The notes under the pieces are model-generated. The model worked only from the letters and a program-made list of their open reading frames with translations, did no database searches and was not told where the DNA came from. Shown here one piece after another: positions 9,838-18,049 of a DNA stretch of 55,713 nt; the stretch's first letter is position 1, and the number at the start of each line of letters is the position of its first letter. Source of the DNA: Fusobacteriaceae bacterium (lineage in GTDB: Bacteria; Fusobacteriota; Fusobacteriia; Fusobacteriales; Fusobacteriaceae); contig JAISST010000115.1 in NCBI GenBank assembly GCA_031272945.1, positions 1 to 55,713 of the forward strand. The letters run 5' to 3'. The translations under genes and the position numbers were made by a program.

Positions 9838-10782
9838 ATGAAAGAAATTCAAACGGTATCCTTGATCGGGTTGGGGGCCATCGGCAGCTATTTTGCCTGC
9901 AACTTGCAGCCTGTCCTGAGAGACAACCTGCGCATTGTGGCGGGAGGAGAAAGAGGGGAACGGATCCGGAAAAACGGGATCGTCGCCAATGGAACGCTAT
10001 TTCACTTTCACGTGGTCGATCCTTCCGAAATTGTGGAACCGGCCGATCTTGTGATCATCATTACGAAAATGACGGGACTCCGGCAGGCCCTTGCGGACAT
10101 TAAAAACCATGTGGGGCCCGATACGATCCTGATGGCGCCTCTGAACGGCGTCGAGAAAGAGGAAATCGTGGCTTCGGTCTACGGCTGGGACCGGCTGCTT
10201 TATTCCCTGACCCGGGTCAGCGTGCTCATGGTGGGAAACGAAGTGAGCTTCAACCCGAAACAGGCGCGGATCGAGTTTGGCGAAAAGACCAACGAAACCG
10301 TCAGTCCCCGGGTGCAGGCTGTGGCGGATCTGTTTACAAAAGCGGGCATCAAGCCCAAGATTCAGCCCGACATGATCCGGGCCATCTGGCACAAGTATAT
10401 GTGCAACCTCGCCGAAAATCAAGTGTCGGCGCTGCTTCACGTCCCTTTCGGGGCTTGGAACGGACAGAGTACGCACGCCACCGCTCTGAGGGAAATGGTC
10501 ATGCGGGAAGTGGCCCGGGTAGCCGCCAAGAAAGGAATCATTCTGACGGAGGAAGAGATTCGGATTCAGGGGGAGAAACTCAAGGCCATGCCCTACAACA
10601 ACAAATCCTCGACGCTCCGGGATCTGGAAGAAAAGAGAAAGACGGAAATCGATATGTTCGGGGGAACCCTTGTGAGAATCGCCAAAGAATTGGGAGAAGA
10701 GGCGCCCATCAACGAGTTTTTGTACCACGCCATCAAGGTGCTGGAGGAAAAAAACGAAGGGCTCATTCGGGACAAAATTTAG
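9838..10782 (+). CDS. panE: Ketopantoate reductase family protein (PanE/ApbA)
   Basis: IGLGAIG Rossmann motif, LNGV, IWHKY..N, SSTLRDL...TEID. Confidence 0.85.
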   Translation: MKEIQTVSLIGLGAIGSYFACNLQPVLRDNLRIVAGGERGERIRKNGIVANGTLFHFHVVDPSEIVEPADLVIIITKMTGLRQALADIKNHVGPDTILMAPLNGVEKEEIVASVYGWDRLLYSLTRVSVLMVGNEVSFNPKQARIEFGEKTNETVSPRVQAVADLFTKAGIKPKIQPDMIRAIWHKYMCNLAENQVSALLHVPFGAWNGQSTHATALREMVMREVARVAAKKGIILTEEEIRIQGEKLKAMPYNNKSSTLRDLEEKRKTEIDMFGGTLVRIAKELGEEAPINEFLYHAIKVLEEKNEGLIRDKI

Positions 10783-10791
10783 GAAAAGTCG

Positions 10792-10820
10792 GAGGGGCGT
10801 AACGGAAACGCCCCTCTTTT
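10792..10820 (+). terminator. Intrinsic terminator after panE
   Basis: GAGGGGCGT...ACGCCCCTC followed by TTTT. Confidence 0.7.
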
Positions 10821-11212
10821 CAGGTAAAACCGCTCCAAAAAAGGGAAACTCCCTCACTTCAACATAAGCAAGGGAGCATTTATATAAAATATCTCGGGGA
10901 AAGATTTATATCATATGTATGATAGCATGATTGTGTGTCGGATTTGTTGCCTTGGTATGTTATTTTTTTTGTTGCCAAGCGGAACAAAAATCTTTTTTGC
11001 AAGCAGTTTTTATTGGCAAAAATGCATACAATAATTAAAATCATATTAAAGTTGGAAACATCCCGAAAATTGGGCGTAAATACGGGAATGATGAATGTTG
11101 GGGGAGATTGCGTTTCAGCCGGTACGATCACAAATCTCTCGTTTCATGAGATAAATGGGTTCATTATTGGTTGTAGCTGAGAAAAGTCATATCCATTTGC
11201 CTCAAAAAACTC

Positions 11213-11240
11213 TTGCAATAATTCAACAATCTGTTATAAT
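11213..11240 (+). promoter_or_regulatory. Sigma70-type promoter of the TA operon
   Basis: TTGCAA-N16-TATAAT with extended TG. Confidence 0.6.
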
Positions 11241-11290
11241 AAATTAAACGCAGTTACAGGGTATAGATCAAATTGTCGGAGGTGTTCTAT

Positions 11291-11623
11291 ATGCCAGAGA
11301 TTAAATTCAGTTCAAGGGCGCAAAACGCATTTTCTGATTTAGAAACGCTGAGCGGCTTGCAAAGCATTGTATCCAGATCTATTGATCATTTGGAAAGAAG
11401 AAGGTATGAATTTCTGAATATAAAGCTGATTCAAAGAAAGAAAAAACCTGTCAAGATTTATGAAATCATAATAAAGTACCCGCTTGAATACAGAATTTTT
11501 TACCGAGAGATACGTGAGCGAAATGAAATATGGATATTGGATATGCGTATGAAAAAGAAAAACGCATTTCAGAGTAAGTACTTCGAAATTCTTGAAAAAA
11601 TAAGGCTTAGTTTGCTGTTTTGA
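11291..11623 (+). CDS. Putative RelE/ParE/HigB-superfamily toxin
   Basis: Small basic protein with IKFSSRA N-terminus, IYEIII...EYRIFY...IWIL...KK pattern; GGAGG RBS before ATG 11291; lies upstream of an HTH gene. Confidence 0.7.
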   Translation: MPEIKFSSRAQNAFSDLETLSGLQSIVSRSIDHLERRRYEFLNIKLIQRKKKPVKIYEIIIKYPLEYRIFYREIRERNEIWILDMRMKKKNAFQSKYFEILEKIRLSLLF

Positions 11624-11642
11624 CAACCTTAAGGAGGAAAAA

Positions 11643-11933
11643 ATGTCCAGATTATGGAAAGATATACGAGCGGAAGCTTTCGCGAAGAATCCGGAATTGC
11701 AGGATCAGTATGACAGCATGGTCGCCCGTGAAGAACTTGTCAGACGGCTGAAAGACTTTCGGAAAGAAAACGCGCTTTCACAAAGAGACTTTGCGCGGAG
11801 AATCGGTATCAAAACGAAAGATCTCCTCCGGTTCGAAAACTGTGACATGGATCCCGGGTTTGGTTTTGTGGATAGAATTATTCGGGAAATTTCCGCGGAC
11901 AATCAAGCGCCAACCGTGCAAGAAACAATCTGA
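11643..11933 (+). CDS. XRE-family HTH protein, putative HigA-like antitoxin
   Basis: LKDFRKENALSQRDFARRIGI...RFENCDMDP HTH_3 pattern; AAGGAGG RBS. Confidence 0.8.
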   Translation: MSRLWKDIRAEAFAKNPELQDQYDSMVAREELVRRLKDFRKENALSQRDFARRIGIKTKDLLRFENCDMDPGFGFVDRIIREISADNQAPTVQETI

Positions 11934-11947
11934 CTATTACCGCATAT

Positions 11948-11972
11948 AATCTCCTCTTCGGGGGAGATTTTT
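11948..11972 (+). terminator. Intrinsic terminator of TA operon
   Basis: AATCTCCTC-TTCG-GGGGAGATT, ending in a run of 5 T. Confidence 0.75.
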
Positions 11973-12132
11973 CGTCTCGTTGCAATCGCATTTTTCAGTG
12001 CCCTCTGAGCCTCTGACTGAAATATGATTGTTCTTTGGATTTGCCACACCCTGAAAAAAATCTTGCCAAAATGCGGAAAATGCGTTAAAATATGTTATAT
12101 GCCAAATATGGCGCTTGAAAACGGGAGGCCCC

Positions 12133-13074
12133 ATGCCAATTCTGGATCTGCACTGCGATACCCTCACGGAAATGTTGCGTCGGCAGCGGAACCTTTCCCG
12201 GAATGATCTTTGCGTCGATATCGAAAAAATGAACGCCGGCGGCGTTTGCTGCCAGTTCTTTGCCATGTTTGTCCAATTGGCTGAATTTCGAGACGCAGAC
12301 CGGGCATGGGACTACATGCTCCGTCTTTACGACATCTTTCAGAAAGAGACCGCGAAAAACCCGGAGCGGATCCGGCGGATCACTTCCGCCGCGGAATTGT
12401 CGGGCCTGCGGGATGTTCCGGCCGCCGTGCTGACCCTTGAGGAAGGCGGGATTCTGGGCGGGCGTATCGAGCGAATCGACGAGCTTTACCGGATGGGCGT
12501 CCGGCTCATTACGCTGACCTGGAACTATGAAAACTGTCTCGGCTATCCCAACTCTGACGAAGCGGAAATCATGGAAGCCGGGCTAAAGCCTTTCGGTCTC
12601 GAGACCCTTGAAAAAATGAACGATCTGGGGATATTGGCCGACGTGTCCCATCTGTCGGACGGCGGGTTCCGGGATGTTTTGAAATATTCAAAAAAGCCCG
12701 TGGTCGCTTCCCACTCCAACGCCCGGGCGCTGGCGCCTCACAAGCGCAATCTGACAGACGCTATGATCCGGAATCTCGCGGAAAAAGGCGGGATCATGGG
12801 GATCAATTTTTATGGTCTGTTTTTAGGGAATACGGGTCCCGGGACGATCCGGAACATCGTGGCCCACATCAAACATATCAAAAATAAAGGCGGTATTGAT
12901 TGTATATCCATCGGCAGCGATTTTGACGGATTCACTGGAGGTTGCGAACTACGGGACGCTGCGGCGTATCCACAATTGACGGCGGCTTTGGAAAAAGCGG
13001 GCTTCACAAGCGATGAGATCGAGAAAATCACCTGGAAAAACGCGCTGCGCGTAATGAAAGAGGCGCTGTCTTGA
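12133..13074 (+). CDS. Membrane dipeptidase (peptidase M19)
   Basis: DLHCDT, LTLEEG, TLTWN, DVSHLS, ASHSNAR, IGSDFDG; ATG 12133 follows GGAGG. Confidence 0.93.
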   Translation: MPILDLHCDTLTEMLRRQRNLSRNDLCVDIEKMNAGGVCCQFFAMFVQLAEFRDADRAWDYMLRLYDIFQKETAKNPERIRRITSAAELSGLRDVPAAVLTLEEGGILGGRIERIDELYRMGVRLITLTWNYENCLGYPNSDEAEIMEAGLKPFGLETLEKMNDLGILADVSHLSDGGFRDVLKYSKKPVVASHSNARALAPHKRNLTDAMIRNLAEKGGIMGINFYGLFLGNTGPGTIRNIVAHIKHIKNKGGIDCISIGSDFDGFTGGCELRDAAAYPQLTAALEKAGFTSDEIEKITWKNALRVMKEALS

Positions 13075-13090
13075 CAGATGTTTCACGGGT

Positions 13091-13281
13091 GGACGTTTGG
13101 GGCAATTTGAGAATGGACGCGCAACAATTCTGAAAGAAGGATGCGTAACAATTTAGAAAGAAGGACGCCAACTATTTAGAAAGAAGGACGCGTAACAATT
13201 TAGAAAGAAGGACGCGCAACAATTTAGAAAGAAGGACGCGTAACAATTTAGAAAGAAGGACGCGTAACAATTTAGAAAGAA
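13091..13281. repeat. 24-bp tandem repeat array, unit GGACGCG(T/C)AACAATTTAGAAAGAA
   Basis: Units start at 13091 (degenerate), 13115, 13139, 13163 (23 bp), 13186, 13210, 13234 and 13258. Confidence 0.95.
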
Positions 13282-13304
13282 GGACGCGCAATGCGCGCCC
13301 CTAC
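13282..13304 (-). repeat. GTAG-family REP palindrome terminating the tandem array
   Basis: Minus strand reads GTAGGGGCGCGCATTGCGCGTCC. Confidence 0.8.
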
Positions 13305-13363
13305 GGAAATATACATAATTTCATTTACACAACGGAATACCGACAAGGGGGAGAGGAAACGAA

Positions 13364-14194
13364 ATGAATGCAAGAAAACTGATCATTCCGGCGGTGCTGC
13401 TGCTTTTCGCGGCGGTCGCTTCCGGAAGGGGAAAGAGACTGACGGAAAAAGAATACTACTCGCCTTATTATTTCAGCCCGGGAAAACTGCACAACGAACT
13501 GGTGCGCCGGGGTTGGTTCGTCGAAGAGACATATTTTCTGCCGCCAAGCAAGGAGCACCCCGAAGGGGTGGAAATTCCCCTGGACGACTACGCCCTCAAT
13601 GAGACCAACGCCATCAAACGGGCCGAGGCCTGGCTCAACATTCCGGTTATCGGCAGACAGTCTGCGGACATCTGGTATAAATTAGCGGCCCGCCCGAAAC
13701 CTGTCGACATCCTGTCAGACGCCGCGCCTATGGGGTATTTCATTGTGATCAACAAGACCCTGCTCTCGGCGACGCTGTATAAGGACAGGGAAGTCATAAA
13801 AAAGATGCCCGTCGCCATCGGGCGCGATCCCAACGCGACCCCTACAGGGCGGTGGTACGTGGCCACAAAATTCGTCAATCCCGCCTGGGGCGGCAACGGC
13901 GATGAGCCTATGACGAGTTCGGACCCCAACAACCCGCTTGGGGAGTATTGGATGGGCATTTCCTATCTCAACCGCAAAGGACAGCATTCCATCGGCATAC
14001 ATGGCACATCCCGCTTCCGGAAGGGGACGTTTACGCCGGGAACCCTGGCCTCTTCCGGCTGTATGCGGCTCATCAATTCCGAGGCCAAATGGCTTTTCGA
14101 GCAGGTTCCCATGAAGACTCCCGTGTGGATCGGCTATGCCGATGAGCTCAGAGAATGGGGCGTCGAGCAGAAGGAAAAGACGGACTACCAATAA
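13364..14194 (+). CDS. L,D-transpeptidase (YkuD family), exported
   Basis: Signal peptide; VAIGR..TPTG, NPLGEYWMG, GIHGT...SSGCMRL catalytic H/C motif. Confidence 0.92.
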   Translation: MNARKLIIPAVLLLFAAVASGRGKRLTEKEYYSPYYFSPGKLHNELVRRGWFVEETYFLPPSKEHPEGVEIPLDDYALNETNAIKRAEAWLNIPVIGRQSADIWYKLAARPKPVDILSDAAPMGYFIVINKTLLSATLYKDREVIKKMPVAIGRDPNATPTGRWYVATKFVNPAWGGNGDEPMTSSDPNNPLGEYWMGISYLNRKGQHSIGIHGTSRFRKGTFTPGTLASSGCMRLINSEAKWLFEQVPMKTPVWIGYADELREWGVEQKEKTDYQ

Positions 14195-14224
14195 GAGCGC
14201 GATCGGCGTGTCAAGAAAAAAACC

Positions 14225-14253
14225 TTGACAAATGCCTCGGAATAGGTTACAAT
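14225..14253 (+). promoter_or_regulatory. Sigma70 promoter of ylxM-ffh
   Basis: TTGACA-N17-TACAAT. Confidence 0.75.
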
Positions 14254-14263
14254 ACTATTTGCC

Positions 14264-14575
14264 ATGGAACTTGAAAAATTTTTGGAGGCGGCAAATTTGC
14301 TGGCCTATTATAAAAATCTGCTGCGCGGGAAGCAGAAAGAATACCTGCTGGATCATCTCGAGCGGGACCTGTCGCTGTCGGAGATCGCGAAGAATCACGG
14401 AATCTCCCGGCAGGCCGTCTCGGAAAATATCCGGCGCGGTATTTCTTTGCTCTACGCCTGGGAGGAAAAATTGGGGTTCTATGGAAAAGAGCGGGAAATT
14501 TACGAAGATCTGAAAGATTTGCGGAAGGGCTATTCCGCCGAAAAACTTGACAAAATCATCGGAAAACTGTTTTGA
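14264..14575 (+). CDS. ylxM: YlxM/UPF0122 HTH protein
   Basis: DLSLSEIA...ISRQAV...YAWEEKLG; sits directly before ffh. Confidence 0.85.
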   Translation: MELEKFLEAANLLAYYKNLLRGKQKEYLLDHLERDLSLSEIAKNHGISRQAVSENIRRGISLLYAWEEKLGFYGKEREIYEDLKDLRKGYSAEKLDKIIGKLF

Positions 14576-14596
14576 TTTCACGGGAAAGGAGCCGTT

Positions 14597-15910
14597 ATGC
14601 TGGAAAATCTGGGCGCGCGCTTTCAGGATATATTCAAAAAAATACGCGGCCACGGCAGGCTCAGCGAAGACAATGTCAAAGAGGCCCTGCGGGAAGTGAA
14701 ATTGTCCCTGTTGGAAGCGGACGTCAACTATCGGGTCGTCAAGGATTTTACGAATAAAATCCTCGAAAAATCCGTCGGGACCGAGGTCCTCCGGGGGATC
14801 AACCCCGGGCAGCAGTTTGTGAAGGTTGTCCACGACGAACTTGTGGAACTTTTGGGCGGCGCAAACTCCCGGCTGACCAAAAGCAGCCGGAATCCAACGA
14901 TCCTTCTGTTGGCGGGGCTGCAAGGGACCGGAAAAACCACATTTGCCGCGAAATTGGGCGGGTATCTCAAAAAACAGGGAGAAAGCGTATGGCTCGTGGC
15001 GGGGGATATCTACCGGCCCGCGGCGATCCAACAACTACAGACGCTGGGGCGTCAGGCGGACATTCCCGTCTACGCCGACGAGACGGAAAAAGACGTCGCG
15101 CGGATCTGTGAGAAAGGTCTCGAAGAAGCCCGGGCCGCCGGCGCCGACTGGTTGATCCTCGATACGGCGGGGCGCCTGCACATCGACGAGAACCTGATGG
15201 AAGAACTCCGGCAGATCAAAAAGGCCGTGCGCCCACAGGAGATTCTCCTGGTTGTGGACGCCATGACCGGGCAGGACGCGGTCAATCTGGCCAAAACATT
15301 CAATGAGGCCCTCAGTATCGACGGGATCATTCTCACAAAGCTGGACGGCGATACCCGGGGAGGGGCGGCCCTTTCCATCAAATCCGTCGTGGGAAAGCCG
15401 GTGAAATTTGTGTCAAACGGCGAAAAACTGAGCGACATTGAGCTCTTTCATCCCGACCGGCTCGCCTCCCGTATTCTCGGCATGGGGGACGTCGTATCCC
15501 TTGTGGAAAAGGCCCAGGAGGCCATTGACGAAGACGAAGCCATGTCCATGGCGGAAAAAATGAAAAACCAGAAGTTCAACCTTGAGGACTTTTTGAAAAT
15601 GCTCAAAATGATCAAACGGATGGGTCCTTTGGCCGGGATTCTCAAAATGCTGCCGGGACTTCCGAAAATAGACGATCTGGCCCCCGCCGAAAAAGAAATG
15701 AAAAAGACCGAATGCATCATCCAATCCATGACCCGGGAGGAGCGGAAAAACCCTGACATCCTCAAAGCGAGCCGAAAAATACGAATCGCCAAGGGGAGCG
15801 GGACCGAAGTCTCCGACGTCAACAGACTGCTCAAACAGTTTGACAGCCTCAAAGGACTCATGAAGATGTTCCAGGGGGGAAAATTGCCGGGATTTCCGGG
15901 AATGCGGTAA
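14597..15910 (+). CDS. ffh: Signal recognition particle protein
   Basis: LLEADV, GLQGTGKTT, DTAGRL, TKLDGD..GGAALS, RILGMGD, M-domain. Confidence 0.98.
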   Translation: MLENLGARFQDIFKKIRGHGRLSEDNVKEALREVKLSLLEADVNYRVVKDFTNKILEKSVGTEVLRGINPGQQFVKVVHDELVELLGGANSRLTKSSRNPTILLLAGLQGTGKTTFAAKLGGYLKKQGESVWLVAGDIYRPAAIQQLQTLGRQADIPVYADETEKDVARICEKGLEEARAAGADWLILDTAGRLHIDENLMEELRQIKKAVRPQEILLVVDAMTGQDAVNLAKTFNEALSIDGIILTKLDGDTRGGAALSIKSVVGKPVKFVSNGEKLSDIELFHPDRLASRILGMGDVVSLVEKAQEAIDEDEAMSMAEKMKNQKFNLEDFLKMLKMIKRMGPLAGILKMLPGLPKIDDLAPAEKEMKKTECIIQSMTREERKNPDILKASRKIRIAKGSGTEVSDVNRLLKQFDSLKGLMKMFQGGKLPGFPGMR

Positions 15911-15925
15911 AAACGATTTTCACAC

Positions 15926-15949
15926 GTAGGGGCGCGTATGCGCGTCCGC
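15926..15949 (+). repeat. GTAG-family REP palindrome
   Basis: GTAGGGGCGCGTATGCGCGTCCGC. Confidence 0.8.
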
Positions 15950-16001
15950 ACGTAAAAATATTTTTCACAATATATTAATTTAAATGAAGGAGATTACACG
16001 A

Positions 16002-16265
16002 ATGCTGAAATTGAGACTGACGCGATTGGGCGCCAAAAAAGTACCGAGTTACCGGCTGATAGCCACGGAAGAATTATCCAAACGGGACGGGAAGGCTCTG
16101 GCCTACCTCGGCAATTATTATCCTTTGGAAGACAGCAAAGTCACGCTGAAAGAAGAGGAAATCCTCAAATATTTGAAAAACGGAGCGCAGCCCACGAGAA
16201 CCGTCAAGTCCTTGTTGACAAAAGCCGGCGTCTGGGCGAAATTTGAAGAAACAAAAAAGAAATGA
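16002..16265 (+). CDS. rpsP: 30S ribosomal protein S16
   Basis: MLKLRLTRLGAKKVPSYR...RDGK...LGNYYP...GAQPT; AAGGAG RBS before ATG 16002. Confidence 0.96.
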   Translation: MLKLRLTRLGAKKVPSYRLIATEELSKRDGKALAYLGNYYPLEDSKVTLKEEEILKYLKNGAQPTRTVKSLLTKAGVWAKFEETKKK

Positions 16266-16274
16266 CGCGCGGCC

Positions 16275-16308
16275 AAGAGGGCGGTTGAAGAAGGCAACGC
16301 CCTTTTTT
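16275..16308 (+). terminator. Intrinsic terminator after rpsP
   Basis: AGGGCG(G)TTG...CAACGCCCT then T-tract. Confidence 0.7.
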
Positions 16309-16334
16309 CAAAAGGGCGGGGCATGGGGTGATTC

Positions 16335-18047
16335 ATGAAAATCGCGAAGGATTCCCTGGTACGGAAGATCATACATTACAATACCCTGGCGGTTGTGTTC
16401 AGTTCTCTGGGCATAACGGCATTTTTGACGTTGCTTTCGCGGAAGATCCCCGAAAGCGGAGAAATTTTGCGAAAATACGCCGAAACGCCTGCCCGCCGTA
16501 TCGGCCTGGCGCTGTTGATTTGCGTCGCCGTGGGGATTCTGGCTTTGGCCAGCAACTTTTTCTGCCGCCGGATTTTTTACAAACTGTTGAAGCCCCTGTC
16601 CAAAATCGCCCGGGCCGCCGATAATGTTTCCGTGGGAAACTATGACGTGGACCTGAACAAATACAGCGGCGCCGATGAAATCCGGAGCCTCTCGGCCACA
16701 TTCGAAAAGATGGTGCGGGTCATCAAGAACAAAGAAGAGGACCTCCGGGAAAAGAACTCGAAGCTCCAGGAAAACCTGCACAACCTCGACACCGTGGAAA
16801 AGATCATCATGGGCATCAATACGGAAGACGACATCCTTCTCACCATGCGGGACATCCTGGCCGCCATCACCTCGGATATCGGGTTGGGATTCAGCCGGGC
16901 CGTGTATTTTCGCTACAGCAGGGAAATGGACGCCCTCGTGGGGGAATTGTCCAAGGTCAACAGCGTCCTCAAAAAGGAATGCGAGACCATCGACGAGAAA
17001 ATGACGGGATTTCAGTTTCAGATCTTTGAGATCGACAAACTTGTAAAGCTGATCAAGGTTCCCTTCAAGGAAGAGAGTCTTTTGAAAAAAACCATCGTGG
17101 AACGCCGGGTCCTTTATCACAATGAGAAGGGCTACAAGTACAATTTTGGAAACGACCTGTTCCGCAGCATGGGCATCAACAATTTCCTGATCTTTCCCAT
17201 TGTCGACAAAAAAAGAAATTACGGCTGCGTGCTGGTAGACAATTTCGGCAAAGAAAAGAAGATCACCAAGGAAGACGCGGAACTGATGACGCTTCTGCAG
17301 ATCAACATCTCCATGAAGCTTTCCAATAAAAATCTCGAGGAAGAGAAAATCGACAAAGAACGGGTCATGACCGTGGGAAAACTGTCGGAAAAATTCCTCA
17401 ACCGACGGAAAGTAGCCACGGAAAAGCTTTTTTCCATCGTGGAGAAAATGGACCAGTACAATATCCGGGACAGCCAGCTCATACAGGTTTTGGATGAGCT
17501 CAAGGAAGAACTGTTCAAAATCAACAAAGAGATAGACACATTGCGGGAATACTCCGAATTTGACGGGGAGCAGAGGGAATTCGAGCCCTTTTCACTGGAA
17601 ATCCCCATACGAAACGCCGTCAAGGGACTCCATGAGTCGTTAATCCGTGACGGCATTACGCTATCGGTATTTTCGAACCACAACGAAAGCATTTTCGGAG
17701 ACCCCAAGAGAATCGAGCGGGTTTTCACGGAACTGATCCGGAATGCCCAGGACGCCTTGAACTACAAAGAAGGGGGAGACAAGAAAATCAACATTGTCAT
17801 GACCCGGGACAAGCATACGGACAAGATCCGGATATGCGTCAAGGACAACGGCGTCGGCATGACGGAAGAACAGCTGACCCATGTGTTCGATCCTTTCGTC
17901 AGCTACACGAACTCGCCGGGGTTGGGCCTCTCCATCGTGGCCCGGATCATCCGGAACCATTCGGGGGTCATTAAGATTTACTCGAAAAAAGACGAGGGAA
18001 CGGAAGTTAAAATCACGTTGAATTCATATAAGGAGGAAATCATATAG
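16335..18047 (+). CDS. Membrane sensor kinase-like protein (2 TM-HAMP-GAF-like-degenerate DHp-HATPase_c)
   Basis: Two hydrophobic helices, HAMP (PLSKIARAA...[13 protein letters not shown]), [18 protein letters not shown] and GLGLSIV boxes. Confidence 0.85.
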   Translation: MKIAKDSLVRKIIHYNTLAVVFSSLGITAFLTLLSRKIPESGEILRKYAETPARRIGLALLICVAVGILALASNFFCRRIFYKLLKPLSKIARAADNVSVGNYDVDLNKYSGADEIRSLSATFEKMVRVIKNKEEDLREKNSKLQENLHNLDTVEKIIMGINTEDDILLTMRDILAAITSDIGLGFSRAVYFRYSREMDALVGELSKVNSVLKKECETIDEKMTGFQFQIFEIDKLVKLIKVPFKEESLLKKTIVERRVLYHNEKGYKYNFGNDLFRSMGINNFLIFPIVDKKRNYGCVLVDNFGKEKKITKEDAELMTLLQINISMKLSNKNLEEEKIDKERVMTVGKLSEKFLNRRKVATEKLFSIVEKMDQYNIRDSQLIQVLDELKEELFKINKEIDTLREYSEFDGEQREFEPFSLEIPIRNAVKGLHESLIRDGITLSVFSNHNESIFGDPKRIERVFTELIRNAQDALNYKEGGDKKINIVMTRDKHTDKIRICVKDNGVGMTEEQLTHVFDPFVSYTNSPGLGLSIVARIIRNHSGVIKIYSKKDEGTEVKITLNSYKEEII

Positions 18048-18049
18048 CT

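Noticed and set aside
10880-11180. ORFs 10880-11131(-) and 10935-11180(+) as type I toxin or small proteins
   Set aside because: GTG starts without RBS and no convincing transmembrane-plus-basic-tail pattern behind a proper start.
13091-13304. CRISPR array
   Set aside because: Units are contiguous with no unique spacers, and there are no cas genes in the window.
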